Origin: Candidatus Hermodarchaeota archaeon
Lineage (GTDB): Archaea > Asgardarchaeota > Lokiarchaeia > Sigyniarchaeales > SOKP01
Direction of reading: 5' to 3'
Length of the DNA: 64,000 nucleotides
Assembly (NCBI GenBank): GCA_048885535.1
Contig: JBHLLO010000006.1
Coordinates: 15,915-79,914 of the forward strand
The stretch's first letter is position 1. Every line of letters begins with the position of its first letter. The notes beneath the pieces were generated by a model that saw only the letters and a program-made list of their open reading frames with translations, ran no database searches and was not told the DNA's origin. Both the position numbers and the translations under genes were made by a program. Below, piece after piece: positions 9,585 to 19,476 of the stretch.

Positions 9585-10969
9585 GTGTCATTTATAAAAA
9601 TATTCAACAAATCGTGGGACCATTAATCTTTTTGAAAAATGAACATCAGGTACAATATGGAGAAATTGTTCATATTCAATCTGAAGATAAAGTGTTTAGA
9701 ACTGGTCAAGTGGTAAAAATAAGTGAAAATAGTATTGTTATTGAAGTCTTCCAAAATACTAAAGGGTTATCTAGTGAAAATTCAAAAATATTCTTCACAG
9801 AAAGCACATTCAAAATAAAAATTTCCGAAAATGATATGTTTGGGAGAACTTTTAATTCTTTGGGAAAACCATTTGACATTTTTACTAAAAAAATTTTAGA
9901 CACAAATATGATTTCAAACGTTGAGTTAGATATTTATGGAACTCCTATTAATCCTTATTCCAGAGAATACCCCTCAGAAATTATCCAAACAGGTATATCT
10001 GTAATAGATGGTCTTTTTACCTTAATTAGAGGGCAAAAATTGCCTATTTTCAGTGCACAGGGGTTACCTCATAATAAATTAGCTACACAAATAGTAACTC
10101 AAGCAAAAGTGTTGACTGAAGAACCATTTTTAATTATATTCTGTGGAATTGGAATTATTGAGGATGAAGCAATAAGTTTCTTAAAAGCATTTAGAGAAAG
10201 CGGAAATATTCAAAATATTATTTCCTTTATAAATTTAGCATCTGACCCCATAATGGAAAGGTTAATTATTCCTCGTGTTGCGTTAACAACAGCAGAATAT
10301 TTTGCATTTGAAAAAGATATGCATGTTCTTGTTGTATTGATTGATATGGCGAGCTATGTCGAAGCCCTACGAGAATTAAGTTCTGCAAAAGAAGAAATAC
10401 CTAGCAGGAAGGGATATCCAGGATATTTATATTCTGATTTGGCTTCAATTTTTGAAAGAACTGGTAAATTAAAGGGAAGAAAGGGGTCAATTACGCAAAT
10501 TCCGATTTTAACTATGCCCAATGACGATATTTCACACCCCATTCCTGATACTACTGGTTATATTACTGAAGGACAACTAGTTTTGAACCGAGAGTTAGAC
10601 AAAAAAGCTATTTATCCTCCTTTTGAAGTATTAGCATCAATTTCAAGGTTAATGAAAGACGCGATTGGAAAGAACACCACTCGGGAAGATCATGGTGATC
10701 TTAGCTCTCAACTGTTAGCATCATATTCGGAAGCTCTTGAAGCAAGAGATTTATTATCAGTGGTAGGAGAAGATGGTTTGACTTTAGATCAAAAATTGTT
10801 ATTAAAGTTTGGGGAGGATTTTGAACAAATATTCCTAAATCAAAATCCAAATGAAAACCGCAGTTTTAATCAAACTTTTACAAGAGCATGGAGAGTTCTT
10901 TCAAATTTATCTAGAGATCAATTGTTTAGAATTCATCAAGAATTTATTGATAAATATTACGTTAAATAG
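9581..10969 (+). CDS. atpB: A/V-type ATPase subunit B
   Basis: RGQKLPIFS, PRVALTTAEY, GYPGYLYSDLA, MPNDDISHPIPDTTGYITEGQ. Confidence 0.97.
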   Translation: MSVIYKNIQQIVGPLIFLKNEHQVQYGEIVHIQSEDKVFRTGQVVKISENSIVIEVFQNTKGLSSENSKIFFTESTFKIKISENDMFGRTFNSLGKPFDIFTKKILDTNMISNVELDIYGTPINPYSREYPSEIIQTGISVIDGLFTLIRGQKLPIFSAQGLPHNKLATQIVTQAKVLTEEPFLIIFCGIGIIEDEAISFLKAFRESGNIQNIISFINLASDPIMERLIIPRVALTTAEYFAFEKDMHVLVVLIDMASYVEALRELSSAKEEIPSRKGYPGYLYSDLASIFERTGKLKGRKGSITQIPILTMPNDDISHPIPDTTGYITEGQLVLNRELDKKAIYPPFEVLASISRLMKDAIGKNTTREDHGDLSSQLLASYSEALEARDLLSVVGEDGLTLDQKLLLKFGEDFEQIFLNQNPNENRSFNQTFTRAWRVLSNLSRDQLFRIHQEFIDKYYVK

Positions 10970-11641
10970 GTGTTTATAATAAGTTTTAAAGAATTGAAAC
11001 CAACAAAAACAAACCTAATTAGCTTAAAGAAAAAGCTAATCTTTGCTAAAAAAGGGGAATCATTTTTAGAATTTAAGCGTGAACAATTGATAACTCAAAT
11101 TAAAGACAATTGGAATTTATATCAAGAAAAATTAAAAAATTTTATAAAATCATATCAAAAGAACTTAATATTAATTAATGATGCATACAAGGAAATGGGT
11201 AAACGAGACTTCGTCTTAATTAGCAATTTAAGCAAAATTCAGTATAATCCAACAATAAACATCAAATATATAAAAAATATTGGCATTACCTCGCATAATT
11301 TAGAATACGATTTAAATCGGATGGGTAAACTTCCTGCTTATTCCTTCGAAAATACAAGTCACTTTATAGATGAATTAATGCCTTCTTTGGAAAACCTTTT
11401 TAAAATTCTAATAGATTTTGCAGAATTTGAAGACTTTTTTTTCCAGTTAGCTTTAAATTTCAAAAAAATAAATCGAAGAATCAATGGATTAAAGAATTTG
11501 ATTATACCTTCCCTCTTAAAAGATATTAAAAAAGTAAAAGAAATTCTAGAAGAATTGGATCGTGAAAATTTTGTGAGACTAAAAAAAACAAAAGAATTAA
11601 TTAATAAAAAGGAAATTAAACAACTTGGAGGGCTTATTTAA
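10970..11641 (+). CDS. atpD: A/V-type ATPase subunit D
   Basis: KPTKTNL...LEFKREQL, INRRINGLKNLIIP and LEELDRENFVRLKK; exact start uncertain (GTG 10970 overlaps an AGGTG SD-like site). Confidence 0.92.
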   Translation: MFIISFKELKPTKTNLISLKKKLIFAKKGESFLEFKREQLITQIKDNWNLYQEKLKNFIKSYQKNLILINDAYKEMGKRDFVLISNLSKIQYNPTINIKYIKNIGITSHNLEYDLNRMGKLPAYSFENTSHFIDELMPSLENLFKILIDFAEFEDFFFQLALNFKKINRRINGLKNLIIPSLLKDIKKVKEILEELDRENFVRLKKTKELINKKEIKQLGGLI

Positions 11642-13971
11642 TGACTCTTAAAACTCAAATGAGTCTATTCAAGATAGGAATCAATAGACATGATAAGGAT
11701 AGTCTTTTAAATGTACTTTCGTCTATTCATAATATTCATATTAAAGCACAGGAAAAATTTATTCCTGGTAAAAAAATTGAAGAAAAGGATCCATTCTTTA
11801 AAGTAGTAAAAAATCTGAGACAGAATTTAGACTCTTTATTTAAAAAACTTGATGTTAATGAAACTGATTTTCAGGATATAAAAATAATTGACCCTGATAA
11901 AAGATTTGAATTTATAGTAAAAGATCTTCCTGAATTGGTGGGTAAATCCTTAGAGGAAATAAACTTTTATAATAATAGGATCAATGAATTGGATAGATAT
12001 ATCACAAAAGCAAAAATAGAATTAGAAAACATACAAATAATTAAATCTAGTTATACATTTTTGGAACAGTTTAACTTAACGAGAGACAGCCTCTCAAGTT
12101 TCAAAAGTTTAACTTTTAAAGTCTTTACTACTTTTAAAAAGAACATTGAAAATTTTAAAACCCTTTTTCAGTTTGACTCATTTCCTAATGTACACCAAAC
12201 TGATGAACTCTTTCCAAATGCATATAGATTAGAAGACAGAGTTACCTTTTATGTAATTTTTCCCAGAGATCAAGAAGATAATTTACGAGAGAGAATAAAT
12301 CTTATTCATGCTGAAGAGGTTCCCATTTTAAAGAAATACTTAACTCAAGACACAATAAACTTTACGCGAATTAATAATGAAATTGATATAATTAATACAA
12401 CTCTCATGAAATACGAAAAAGAGAGGGCTTCATTAAAGGATCAAAATTTGAATAAATTTGCAGCTTTAGATGAAGTAGTTCAAAATATTGAAGATTATCA
12501 CTGGGCAGAACAACAATTTGAAGAAATCTCAAATGAACAACTGACTATTAATTTCTTTCTTCCTTCAAAAAGAAAGAAAGAGGTAGAACAACTATTAATT
12601 AATTCTTTTAAAAATAAAATAATGATAAAAATATTTGATATCCCTAGATTTCATGAAATAAAGGATTTAGATCGAATAGAACCTAAATTCGAGCAAGAGA
12701 ATTATTTAAAAGATAGAAATAGAGAGATAGAAGTTAACGAAGAAGAAAAAACAGAAAAAGATTTAAGAGCAACAGTTCCAACAATTATGAGAAATCCCTG
12801 GTTTATCAGACCTTTTGAATTAATCACAAGAATGTATGGGATTCCTTCATATTCTGAAGTTGATCCTACTCCTTTTTTAGCTTTTACATTTCCTTTTATC
12901 TTTGGATTGATGTTCGGAGATATTGGTCATGGTTTTTGCTTAATCATTGCTGGTATTTTAGGAGGTATAATTTTTAGAAAAAAGAATACTGGTAAATTTA
13001 GTTGGATAATATTTTATTGCGGGATAGGGGCAGTCTTAGGGGGGATATTTTATGGTGAATTTTTTGGATATGAAGAATTCTTTGGTATACCTTTAGAGCC
13101 AATTTTTATTCCCATCCCCTTTTTAGGACCTGTGAATTTGTATAATCCGATTGAAAATATTCAAAATGTTTTTAAATTTGCCCTTTTTGTTGGAGTAATC
13201 CATATTAATTTAGGTTGGTTCCTTGAGTTTATTAATTACGTTAGACAAGGAAAGAAGTATTTAGCATTTTCAAATTCATTTATGAAAATATGTTTATTAA
13301 CTGGAGGTACATATTTGATTTTTCAATATGGCATAAATCTTACGATTTGGTTATCGCCAGCATATATACCTACCTTTTGGGGCACAATATTGCTCCCATC
13401 ACCTATCTTATTAGTTATTATTCCAGGTATTATGTTAATAATATTAAAACCGTTTGGTAAAATATTACGGATTTCTTATCTAAAAAAGGAATCATACTGG
13501 GCATTGATGGGTGAGGGCACTCTGGAAACATTTGAAACTGCTTTATCAATACTAAGTAATGTAGCATCCTATATACGGTTGTTAGCATTAGCACTTGCTC
13601 ATATTGCTTTAATGATTTCTATACAGGCATTATCAAGTTTGTTAATAGGTGAGGGAACCCTATATGAAATATTCAAATTTTTAGGATTATTATTAGGCAA
13701 TATTATCGTAATCTTATTAGAAGGCATCCTGGTTTTTATTAACACAATTCGACTTCACTTTTATGAATTTTTCTTTAAGTTTTATAAAGGTACTGGTACA
13801 GAATTTTTTCCCTTTTATTTAGATAATAATTATTCTAAAATTACTTTTAGAGCATATCTTGAGAAAGATTTGATTTCTGAGGAAATAGAAAAGGAAATCG
13901 AGCCTGAGAAAGCAAAACAAGATATCGATGAAGCTATAAAATATATTGAAAAAAAATATTTCAAAAGTTGA
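11641..13971 (+). CDS. atpI: A/V-type ATPase membrane subunit I (a)
   Basis: PFELITRMYGIPSYSEVDPT, FGLMFGDIGHG, SNVASYIRLLALALAH (essential Arg), IRLHFYEFFFKFY. Confidence 0.95.
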   Translation: MTLKTQMSLFKIGINRHDKDSLLNVLSSIHNIHIKAQEKFIPGKKIEEKDPFFKVVKNLRQNLDSLFKKLDVNETDFQDIKIIDPDKRFEFIVKDLPELVGKSLEEINFYNNRINELDRYITKAKIELENIQIIKSSYTFLEQFNLTRDSLSSFKSLTFKVFTTFKKNIENFKTLFQFDSFPNVHQTDELFPNAYRLEDRVTFYVIFPRDQEDNLRERINLIHAEEVPILKKYLTQDTINFTRINNEIDIINTTLMKYEKERASLKDQNLNKFAALDEVVQNIEDYHWAEQQFEEISNEQLTINFFLPSKRKKEVEQLLINSFKNKIMIKIFDIPRFHEIKDLDRIEPKFEQENYLKDRNREIEVNEEEKTEKDLRATVPTIMRNPWFIRPFELITRMYGIPSYSEVDPTPFLAFTFPFIFGLMFGDIGHGFCLIIAGILGGIIFRKKNTGKFSWIIFYCGIGAVLGGIFYGEFFGYEEFFGIPLEPIFIPIPFLGPVNLYNPIENIQNVFKFALFVGVIHINLGWFLEFINYVRQGKKYLAFSNSFMKICLLTGGTYLIFQYGINLTIWLSPAYIPTFWGTILLPSPILLVIIPGIMLIILKPFGKILRISYLKKESYWALMGEGTLETFETALSILSNVASYIRLLALALAHIALMISIQALSSLLIGEGTLYEIFKFLGLLLGNIIVILLEGILVFINTIRLHFYEFFFKFYKGTGTEFFPFYLDNNYSKITFRAYLEKDLISEEIEKEIEPEKAKQDIDEAIKYIEKKYFKS

Positions 13972-13990
13972 TAGAGTAAGGTCTTAGTAA

Positions 13991-14434
13991 GTGGACAAAA
14001 TATCCCAAAAAAGAAAGATGCTTAATAAAAAAGCAATAATTATTCGTTTGATTTTCATTGTTTTTTATATAGTAATTCTTTTTTTTATATACTTATTTTT
14101 AGTTAATATTAACATTCAATATTGGATTATTATTATTATCCTCCTTTTTTTAATTCTAGTAGTTGTTGGACCTCTTATCACTGGAATTTCAAAATCAATG
14201 TATCGTCAAAAGTTTCCAAAAAAAGAAAAAGGAAAGAAATCAGATTATCAACTTTATAAAGAACAGTTGCAAAGTAAATCTAAAGATAACGAATTAAAAG
14301 TTAAAGAAATAACGACAGTTAATTTAGATTTCAAATATAAAAAATCCATTATTAGAAGATGCACAAGTTGTGGAATAACAATTCCTAATTTTGTTAAAGT
14401 TTGCCCTTATTGTGGAAAAACTATATTGGATTAA
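13991..14434 (+). CDS. Two-TM membrane protein with C-terminal zinc ribbon
   Basis: Two hydrophobic helices followed by CTSC...CPYC. Confidence 0.7.
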   Translation: MDKISQKRKMLNKKAIIIRLIFIVFYIVILFFIYLFLVNINIQYWIIIIILLFLILVVVGPLITGISKSMYRQKFPKKEKGKKSDYQLYKEQLQSKSKDNELKVKEITTVNLDFKYKKSIIRRCTSCGITIPNFVKVCPYCGKTILD

Positions 14435-15033
14435 GGTTTAAACCATTCAAAGAAATAGTAACTTTTTGTTAATGGATTTGCAATTACAAATTTTTTTCTA
14501 ACTGATGTTGCCAAGCGTCCTGCCCTTACCATGTCTACTGCAGTTATTTTAGCATCATGAGGTAAAACGTGAACAATAAAAGGAGAATGTTCTAAGCCTG
14601 GTCCTTTCTTATATACTACAAAATCTGCACCAAACTTTAATCCTGGTCTTGGAATATATCCTTTCTCCCTTAAGTCTTGATATATTATCGATTTTTCCTC
14701 AAATTTGTGATGTATCTTTTTTGCGATTTCACCAAATTCTTCTAATGTTAGATATTTGTCCTCCAGAGGATCAAAAATAGATATCTTTCCTTTTTGCAAT
14801 AAATAATATGCTTCTTCTATTGATAATTCAGAAGGTTTCGAAAAATATTCTAAACGTGGTTTACTAATTCCAAGTGGAGAACCAAAAAATTTTTGCTTCA
14901 CATATAAATATGAGGCATGAACTGGGTCAAAAACAATTATTCTTGAATTTATAAATTTAGTAGGAATTTTTTCGGGTAAGTCGTCTTCATTAATATCATC
15001 TAGGGAAATTTGGCTTTTCTGTTCTTCATTCAT
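14431..15033 (-). CDS. endA: tRNA-intron endonuclease (catalytic subunit)
   Basis: LSIEEAYYL, YQDLREKGY, GLKFGADFVVY...H and RLATSVRKK, with the Tyr/His/Lys triad. Confidence 0.93.
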   Translation of the reverse strand: MNEEQKSQISLDDINEDDLPEKIPTKFINSRIIVFDPVHASYLYVKQKFFGSPLGISKPRLEYFSKPSELSIEEAYYLLQKGKISIFDPLEDKYLTLEEFGEIAKKIHHKFEEKSIIYQDLREKGYIPRPGLKFGADFVVYKKGPGLEHSPFIVHVLPHDAKITAVDMVRAGRLATSVRKKFVIANPLTKSYYFFEWFKP

Positions 15034-15159
15034 TAAGATAGAATCATTAAATATACTTTAATAAATCTTTCAATTTCATAAAAAGAGTATTAACAATAAA
15101 AATTTTAAAAATGAATAATCTTAGTTTTAAGTATAAAAGAAAATTAAATGTGATTAATA

Positions 15160-16044
15160 ATGACTATCAGACAAGCTTCAAATGCTGGCCAATTTTATCC
15201 AAGCAACAAATCAGCTTTGCTTGAGATCATAAAGCAATCATTTTTAGATAACCAATTTGGTCCAGGTAAGGAAATTCAAACCCTAAATCAGGATACTAGA
15301 ACAATTATAGGAGGAATATCCCCTCATGCGGGATATATATATTCTGGCTGCTGTGCTGCCTTCACATTTTTAAATCTATTTAAAGAAAAAATCCCAGATA
15401 CTATTCTAGTTCTCGGTACTGATCATATTGGTTATGGTGGAGTTGCTCTAATGGATGAAGGAGAATGGGAAACTCCATTGGGTAATTTATCTATTGATAC
15501 AACATTATCTGGAAAAATATTAGATATTAGCAGTGAGATTAAAAAAGATGAATCGGCATTTGTTGGATATCCATTTAGAAGAGAACATAATATTGAAGTA
15601 CAACTTCCATTTATAAAATATTGTTCGGGTGATAAAGACATAAAAGTAATTCCAATAGTAGTATCTACAAGAGATTATACCGTGCTAGAGAATTTAGCAG
15701 AAGATATATCCAAAGCAATTAAAACATATGATAAAGATGTAGTTATTATAGCATCATCTGATATGACTCATAGGGAAATACATGGCACGGATCAGTTGAA
15801 GAAATTTAAGGAAGGAGATCAAAAAGTTATTGATTCATTTGTAGAGTTAAATCCTTCAAAAACATTTAAGGCTGCATTAGAAACCACTGTATGTGGTCCT
15901 CAGACAATTACAGCACTAATGCTAATTTGTAAGAACCTAGATGCAATTGAGGGTAAGTTATTAAAATATTATACTAGCTCTGAAAAAACTGGAAATTTTT
16001 ATGGATACTGTGTTGGATATTTTTCTGGGATAATTATTAAATAA
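15160..16044 (+). CDS. MEMO1-family protein (AmmeMemoRadiSam protein B)
   Basis: AGQFYP, PHAGYIYSG, EHNIEVQLPF, ASSDMTH, TVCG, VGY. Confidence 0.93.
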   Translation: MTIRQASNAGQFYPSNKSALLEIIKQSFLDNQFGPGKEIQTLNQDTRTIIGGISPHAGYIYSGCCAAFTFLNLFKEKIPDTILVLGTDHIGYGGVALMDEGEWETPLGNLSIDTTLSGKILDISSEIKKDESAFVGYPFRREHNIEVQLPFIKYCSGDKDIKVIPIVVSTRDYTVLENLAEDISKAIKTYDKDVVIIASSDMTHREIHGTDQLKKFKEGDQKVIDSFVELNPSKTFKAALETTVCGPQTITALMLICKNLDAIEGKLLKYYTSSEKTGNFYGYCVGYFSGIIIK

Positions 16045-16087
16045 GGGATTATATTATTATTATGATTAAAATATTTTTTTAAGAGTT

Positions 16088-17167
16088 ATGCCCGACGAAA
16101 ATGATGAAAAAGTAGAAGATTTTATTAGTCTTTGGAAGAAAAAGATGGATTCTGATAAAAATCCTTCTGTTATTGGAGACACGCTAAATAAAATAAAAGC
16201 ACTTGAGAAAGAAAATGAAGAACTTAGGAATAAAATCTCTCAAAATATAGATTTGATAAGTAGATCAGAAGAAATTATCAGAAAAACTGTTGAAGAGAAT
16301 GAAAGATTAAAATCAGAAAGAAACAACGCCGCCTCAGGATCCAGCACAAGATTAAAGGAATTAGAGAGTGAAAATCTTGAATTAAGTAATAAAGTAAAGA
16401 GTATGGTAAAATTACTCCTTGAAAAGGATGAAGAAATTAAAACTAAAGAAGATGAATTATCAAGATTGAAAGCAACTGGCGTAAGTTCAGACTCTACTGT
16501 AAATGAAGCACTAATCAATGATTTAAGAACAGAATTGGCTAAAAAAACTTCTCAGATTTCAGAATTACAATCAAAAATCATAGAATTGACTGAAGAAAAT
16601 GAAGTTATAAATCAACAGTTAATTGAGAAAATTAAAAGTCTCCCAATTGACTATGTAGTACCAGTAGAACAAGTTGAAACTCCAGTAATTAAACCGAAAC
16701 CTCCTGTTTCTTCTTCTCAACCCTTAGAACAACTTTGTCAAGACTTACAGACAGAATTAAATAAATATAAAAGAGTTGTTGAAAAATTAACTAAAGAAAA
16801 GTCTGAACTTAAGGAGCTGGTGGGAGAAAAAGGATTAAAATTCGATCCAGCAGAAATCATGAATTTAAAGTCTGAAAATGAGACTCTAAAAAACGAACTA
16901 ACCGAATTACAAAAATCTTTGCAAAAAGAAATAAAAACTCCTTCACAAGAACCATCATTGGAAATTGAGGAAAAGATTAAAGAACTAGAAAGTAAACTAA
17001 GAGAAAAAGATGAATTGATTACACAATTAAAATTAACAAAATTAGCAGAGGAAGGATCTGGACCTGGACCCATGGCTAACCTTGTAGAAGAACTGCAAAA
17101 AAATATTAACAAGTTAAAAACCACTATTCAAGAAAAAGATCAGAAAATAAAAGAATTACAAAAATAA
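16088..17167 (+). CDS. Long coiled-coil protein of unknown function
   Basis: E/K/L-rich heptad pattern in several segments separated by P/S/G-rich linkers. Confidence 0.75.
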   Translation: MPDENDEKVEDFISLWKKKMDSDKNPSVIGDTLNKIKALEKENEELRNKISQNIDLISRSEEIIRKTVEENERLKSERNNAASGSSTRLKELESENLELSNKVKSMVKLLLEKDEEIKTKEDELSRLKATGVSSDSTVNEALINDLRTELAKKTSQISELQSKIIELTEENEVINQQLIEKIKSLPIDYVVPVEQVETPVIKPKPPVSSSQPLEQLCQDLQTELNKYKRVVEKLTKEKSELKELVGEKGLKFDPAEIMNLKSENETLKNELTELQKSLQKEIKTPSQEPSLEIEEKIKELESKLREKDELITQLKLTKLAEEGSGPGPMANLVEELQKNINKLKTTIQEKDQKIKELQK

Positions 17168-17282
17168 ATCGGTCTTTAATTTCCCCTCTTAAATAAGAAA
17201 AAATTTTGCCTAATTACTTTTTTTAGAATTATGAATTCATTACAAAAGTTTTTTCAATAATAAGAGATTAAAAATAGAAAAC

Positions 17283-18278
17283 ATGAGTGAAAAAAAACAC
17301 TTAACATTTTTATTTATTGGTCATTTAGCTGTCGACTCAATAATTCGTTTTAAAAAAATAAGAAAACCCACTCTGGGAGGAAGTGTATCTTTTGGCTCAT
17401 TAGCATTAAGGAAATACGATCAAGATGAATCTATTAGAATAGTATCCAGTTTGGGGATGTTAAATTTTAATGTAGAACTATTAAGTTTATTAAAAGATAA
17501 TAATATTGATTTAAGAGCTATTAAATCATTTGAGACTGAAAATACAAAATTTGTATTGGATTATGTTAATCATTCAAGAACCTTAACCCTTAAAGCTAAG
17601 AGTCCCGACCTTAGATTTGAGGATTTTCCTGAGGATATTATTGCAAATAAACCTGATGTGATTGTATTAGTTCCATTATGTAACGAAATATCTTACGATT
17701 ATGTGTCTAAAATCGTAGAAGCCTTTCCAGATGTATATATAGGTTTAGACTTACAAGGTTTTATTAGATATATTACTAATGGTGGCATTGTTTCATATGT
17801 ATGGAACGAGGATTTAATACAAAATATGAGTGCAATTATTGATTTAATTGGAGATAGAATAATATTGAAAGGATCAGAAATAGAAATGAAGTTATTATCT
17901 AAGAATGATAACTTAGATGAAGTTATGTATTACTTTAACAATTTTAATAATAATGGGATTTTTATCATGACTCTTGGTGAAGCAGGTTCAAGGGTTATTA
18001 AAAAAGGACAAGAAATAATGAAAATTCCCGCATTTAAAGCTAAAAAAGTTGTTGATGAAACTGGAGCAGGAGATGTTTATTTAGCAATCTTTTTACATGA
18101 ATTTCTTAATTCTAATATGTCTTGGGAAGCTATTAAGAATTCTGCTTATTTAGCATCAGCAGCAGCTTCATTTCTAGTTGAAAAAAAAGGTCCTGATGGA
18201 TTTCAATGTAAATCAAAAGTATTAAAACGAGTAGAAAAAAAAAATTATATCAATTCAGGTGATTTTAAATACATATAA
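17283..18278 (+). CDS. PfkB-family carbohydrate kinase
   Basis: IGHLAVD, LGGS, MTLGEAGS and VDETGAGDVY (anion hole). Confidence 0.9.
   Translation: MSEKKHLTFLFIGHLAVDSIIRFKKIRKPTLGGSVSFGSLALRKYDQDESIRIVSSLGMLNFNVELLSLLKDNNIDLRAIKSFETENTKFVLDYVNHSRTLTLKAKSPDLRFEDFPEDIIANKPDVIVLVPLCNEISYDYVSKIVEAFPDVYIGLDLQGFIRYITNGGIVSYVWNEDLIQNMSAIIDLIGDRIILKGSEIEMKLLSKNDNLDEVMYYFNNFNNNGIFIMTLGEAGSRVIKKGQEIMKIPAFKAKKVVDETGAGDVYLAIFLHEFLNSNMSWEAIKNSAYLASAAASFLVEKKGPDGFQCKSKVLKRVEKKNYINSGDFKYI
18257..18262 (+). promoter_or_regulatory. Shine-Dalgarno AGGTGA upstream of ATA start at 18269
   Basis: Canonical archaeal GGTGA 6 nt before ATA; in-frame TAA directly before the ATA. Confidence 0.6.
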
Positions 18279-18859
18279 ATTCACATTTTGCTATAGGAGT
18301 TATTTTTTGTTCAATCCTAAATTACTTTTATAATTTTGCTTTTATAGAATTTCTCTTAATTGTTGTTTTTTCTTTCATTTGTGATTTTGACGTATTTTTC
18401 TCTAAATTCGCTAAAGATCATAATCACAGAATGTTGATCTCTCATTCAATCATTCCTAGTATCATTATGATTTTTGTGGGTATTATATTTAATTGGACTA
18501 TATTAACTTTTAGCGGAACAGCATATTTTATACATATAGTTATAGATACGTTTGATTGGGGTACAAACGTGTTTTATTTGCCAAAAAAGCAAATTGGTTT
18601 CAAACTTTTAATCTCAAAAGAGGAATTTAACAATCTATCACAATATTTATCTAATTATAAGAAGCCTGAATCATTTTTTGATGAAAGATATTATAGTAAT
18701 AAACTATGTTTAGCAATTGAAGCTCTGTTATTTATCATTATGTTAATATTTCTTATTTTATTTGCCTTTCAATTTTTTTTGATAATTATAATATATTTCC
18801 CATTCTTGATTTTTCATTTACAACGTCATTATTACCTAAAAAAAGTTGAGGCTTCCTAA
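18269..18859 (+). CDS. Membrane-bound metal-dependent hydrolase (YdjM-like); start extended to ATA 18269
   Basis: The extended frame gives (M)HINSHFAIG...ICDFDV...HNHRMLISHS...HIVIDTFDWG, the full H / DxD / HR-x3-SHS / HxxxD set. The ORF-track start (18431) cuts off the first motifs. Confidence 0.75.
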   Translation: MHINSHFAIGVIFCSILNYFYNFAFIEFLLIVVFSFICDFDVFFSKFAKDHNHRMLISHSIIPSIIMIFVGIIFNWTILTFSGTAYFIHIVIDTFDWGTNVFYLPKKQIGFKLLISKEEFNNLSQYLSNYKKPESFFDERYYSNKLCLAIEALLFIIMLIFLILFAFQFFLIIIIYFPFLIFHLQRHYYLKKVEAS

Positions 18860-18965
18860 TCTTAAATAATTAACTTATTACCTTATAATCTAAATAAATA
18901 AAGCTTAAGAATCTTATAAGGATTTAAAATTATATAATTAAATTTAATATCATTAGGTAAGAATT

Positions 18966-19403
18966 ATGGCAGAAACAATAAAAACCAAAGTGGGACTTTC
19001 ATTGGAGGAAGAAATGATATTTAAATGTGATTTAGGAGAAATGAAGGTAAAGGATTGTTATATCGATGAAACCAATAAAGATGAGGTAAATATGTTAGGA
19101 CCAAATCCTTCAAGAATGTTAGCGTTAGCGGTTATGGGATGTCTTAGTGCTAGCTTTATCTTTTGTCTTAAAAAGAGGGAATTCAAGTTGGAGAATTTAA
19201 AAGCAGAAGCAGAAGTTACAATCACTCGTAATGAAAAAGGATTTTGGAGGGTTAAAAAAATTAATGTTGATATCAACTCAAAGATAGAGGATTTAGAAAC
19301 CCGTAAGAGAGCAGATCAGTGCAGGAAAATGTTTGAAAACTATTGTATAGTGACTCAAGCTGTAAGAGAAGGAATTAATGTAGAAGTAAATCTTAATTAT
19401 TAG
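18966..19403 (+). CDS. OsmC/Ohr-like protein
   Basis: GPNPSRMLALAVMGC and FENYCIVTQAV two-Cys signature. Confidence 0.85.
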   Translation: MAETIKTKVGLSLEEEMIFKCDLGEMKVKDCYIDETNKDEVNMLGPNPSRMLALAVMGCLSASFIFCLKKREFKLENLKAEAEVTITRNEKGFWRVKKINVDINSKIEDLETRKRADQCRKMFENYCIVTQAVREGINVEVNLNY

Positions 19404-19476
19404 AAACAAAACATTTTTCAAAAATCTATTCTAATCTTTATCATCTTCTAAAGGATTAAAGACATTTTTTTGCATA

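Noticed and set aside
15160-16044. Complete AmmeMemoRadiSam system
   Set aside because: Only the MEMO1 component is present; no AMMECR1 or radical SAM partner in the window, and a lone MEMO1 is common in archaea
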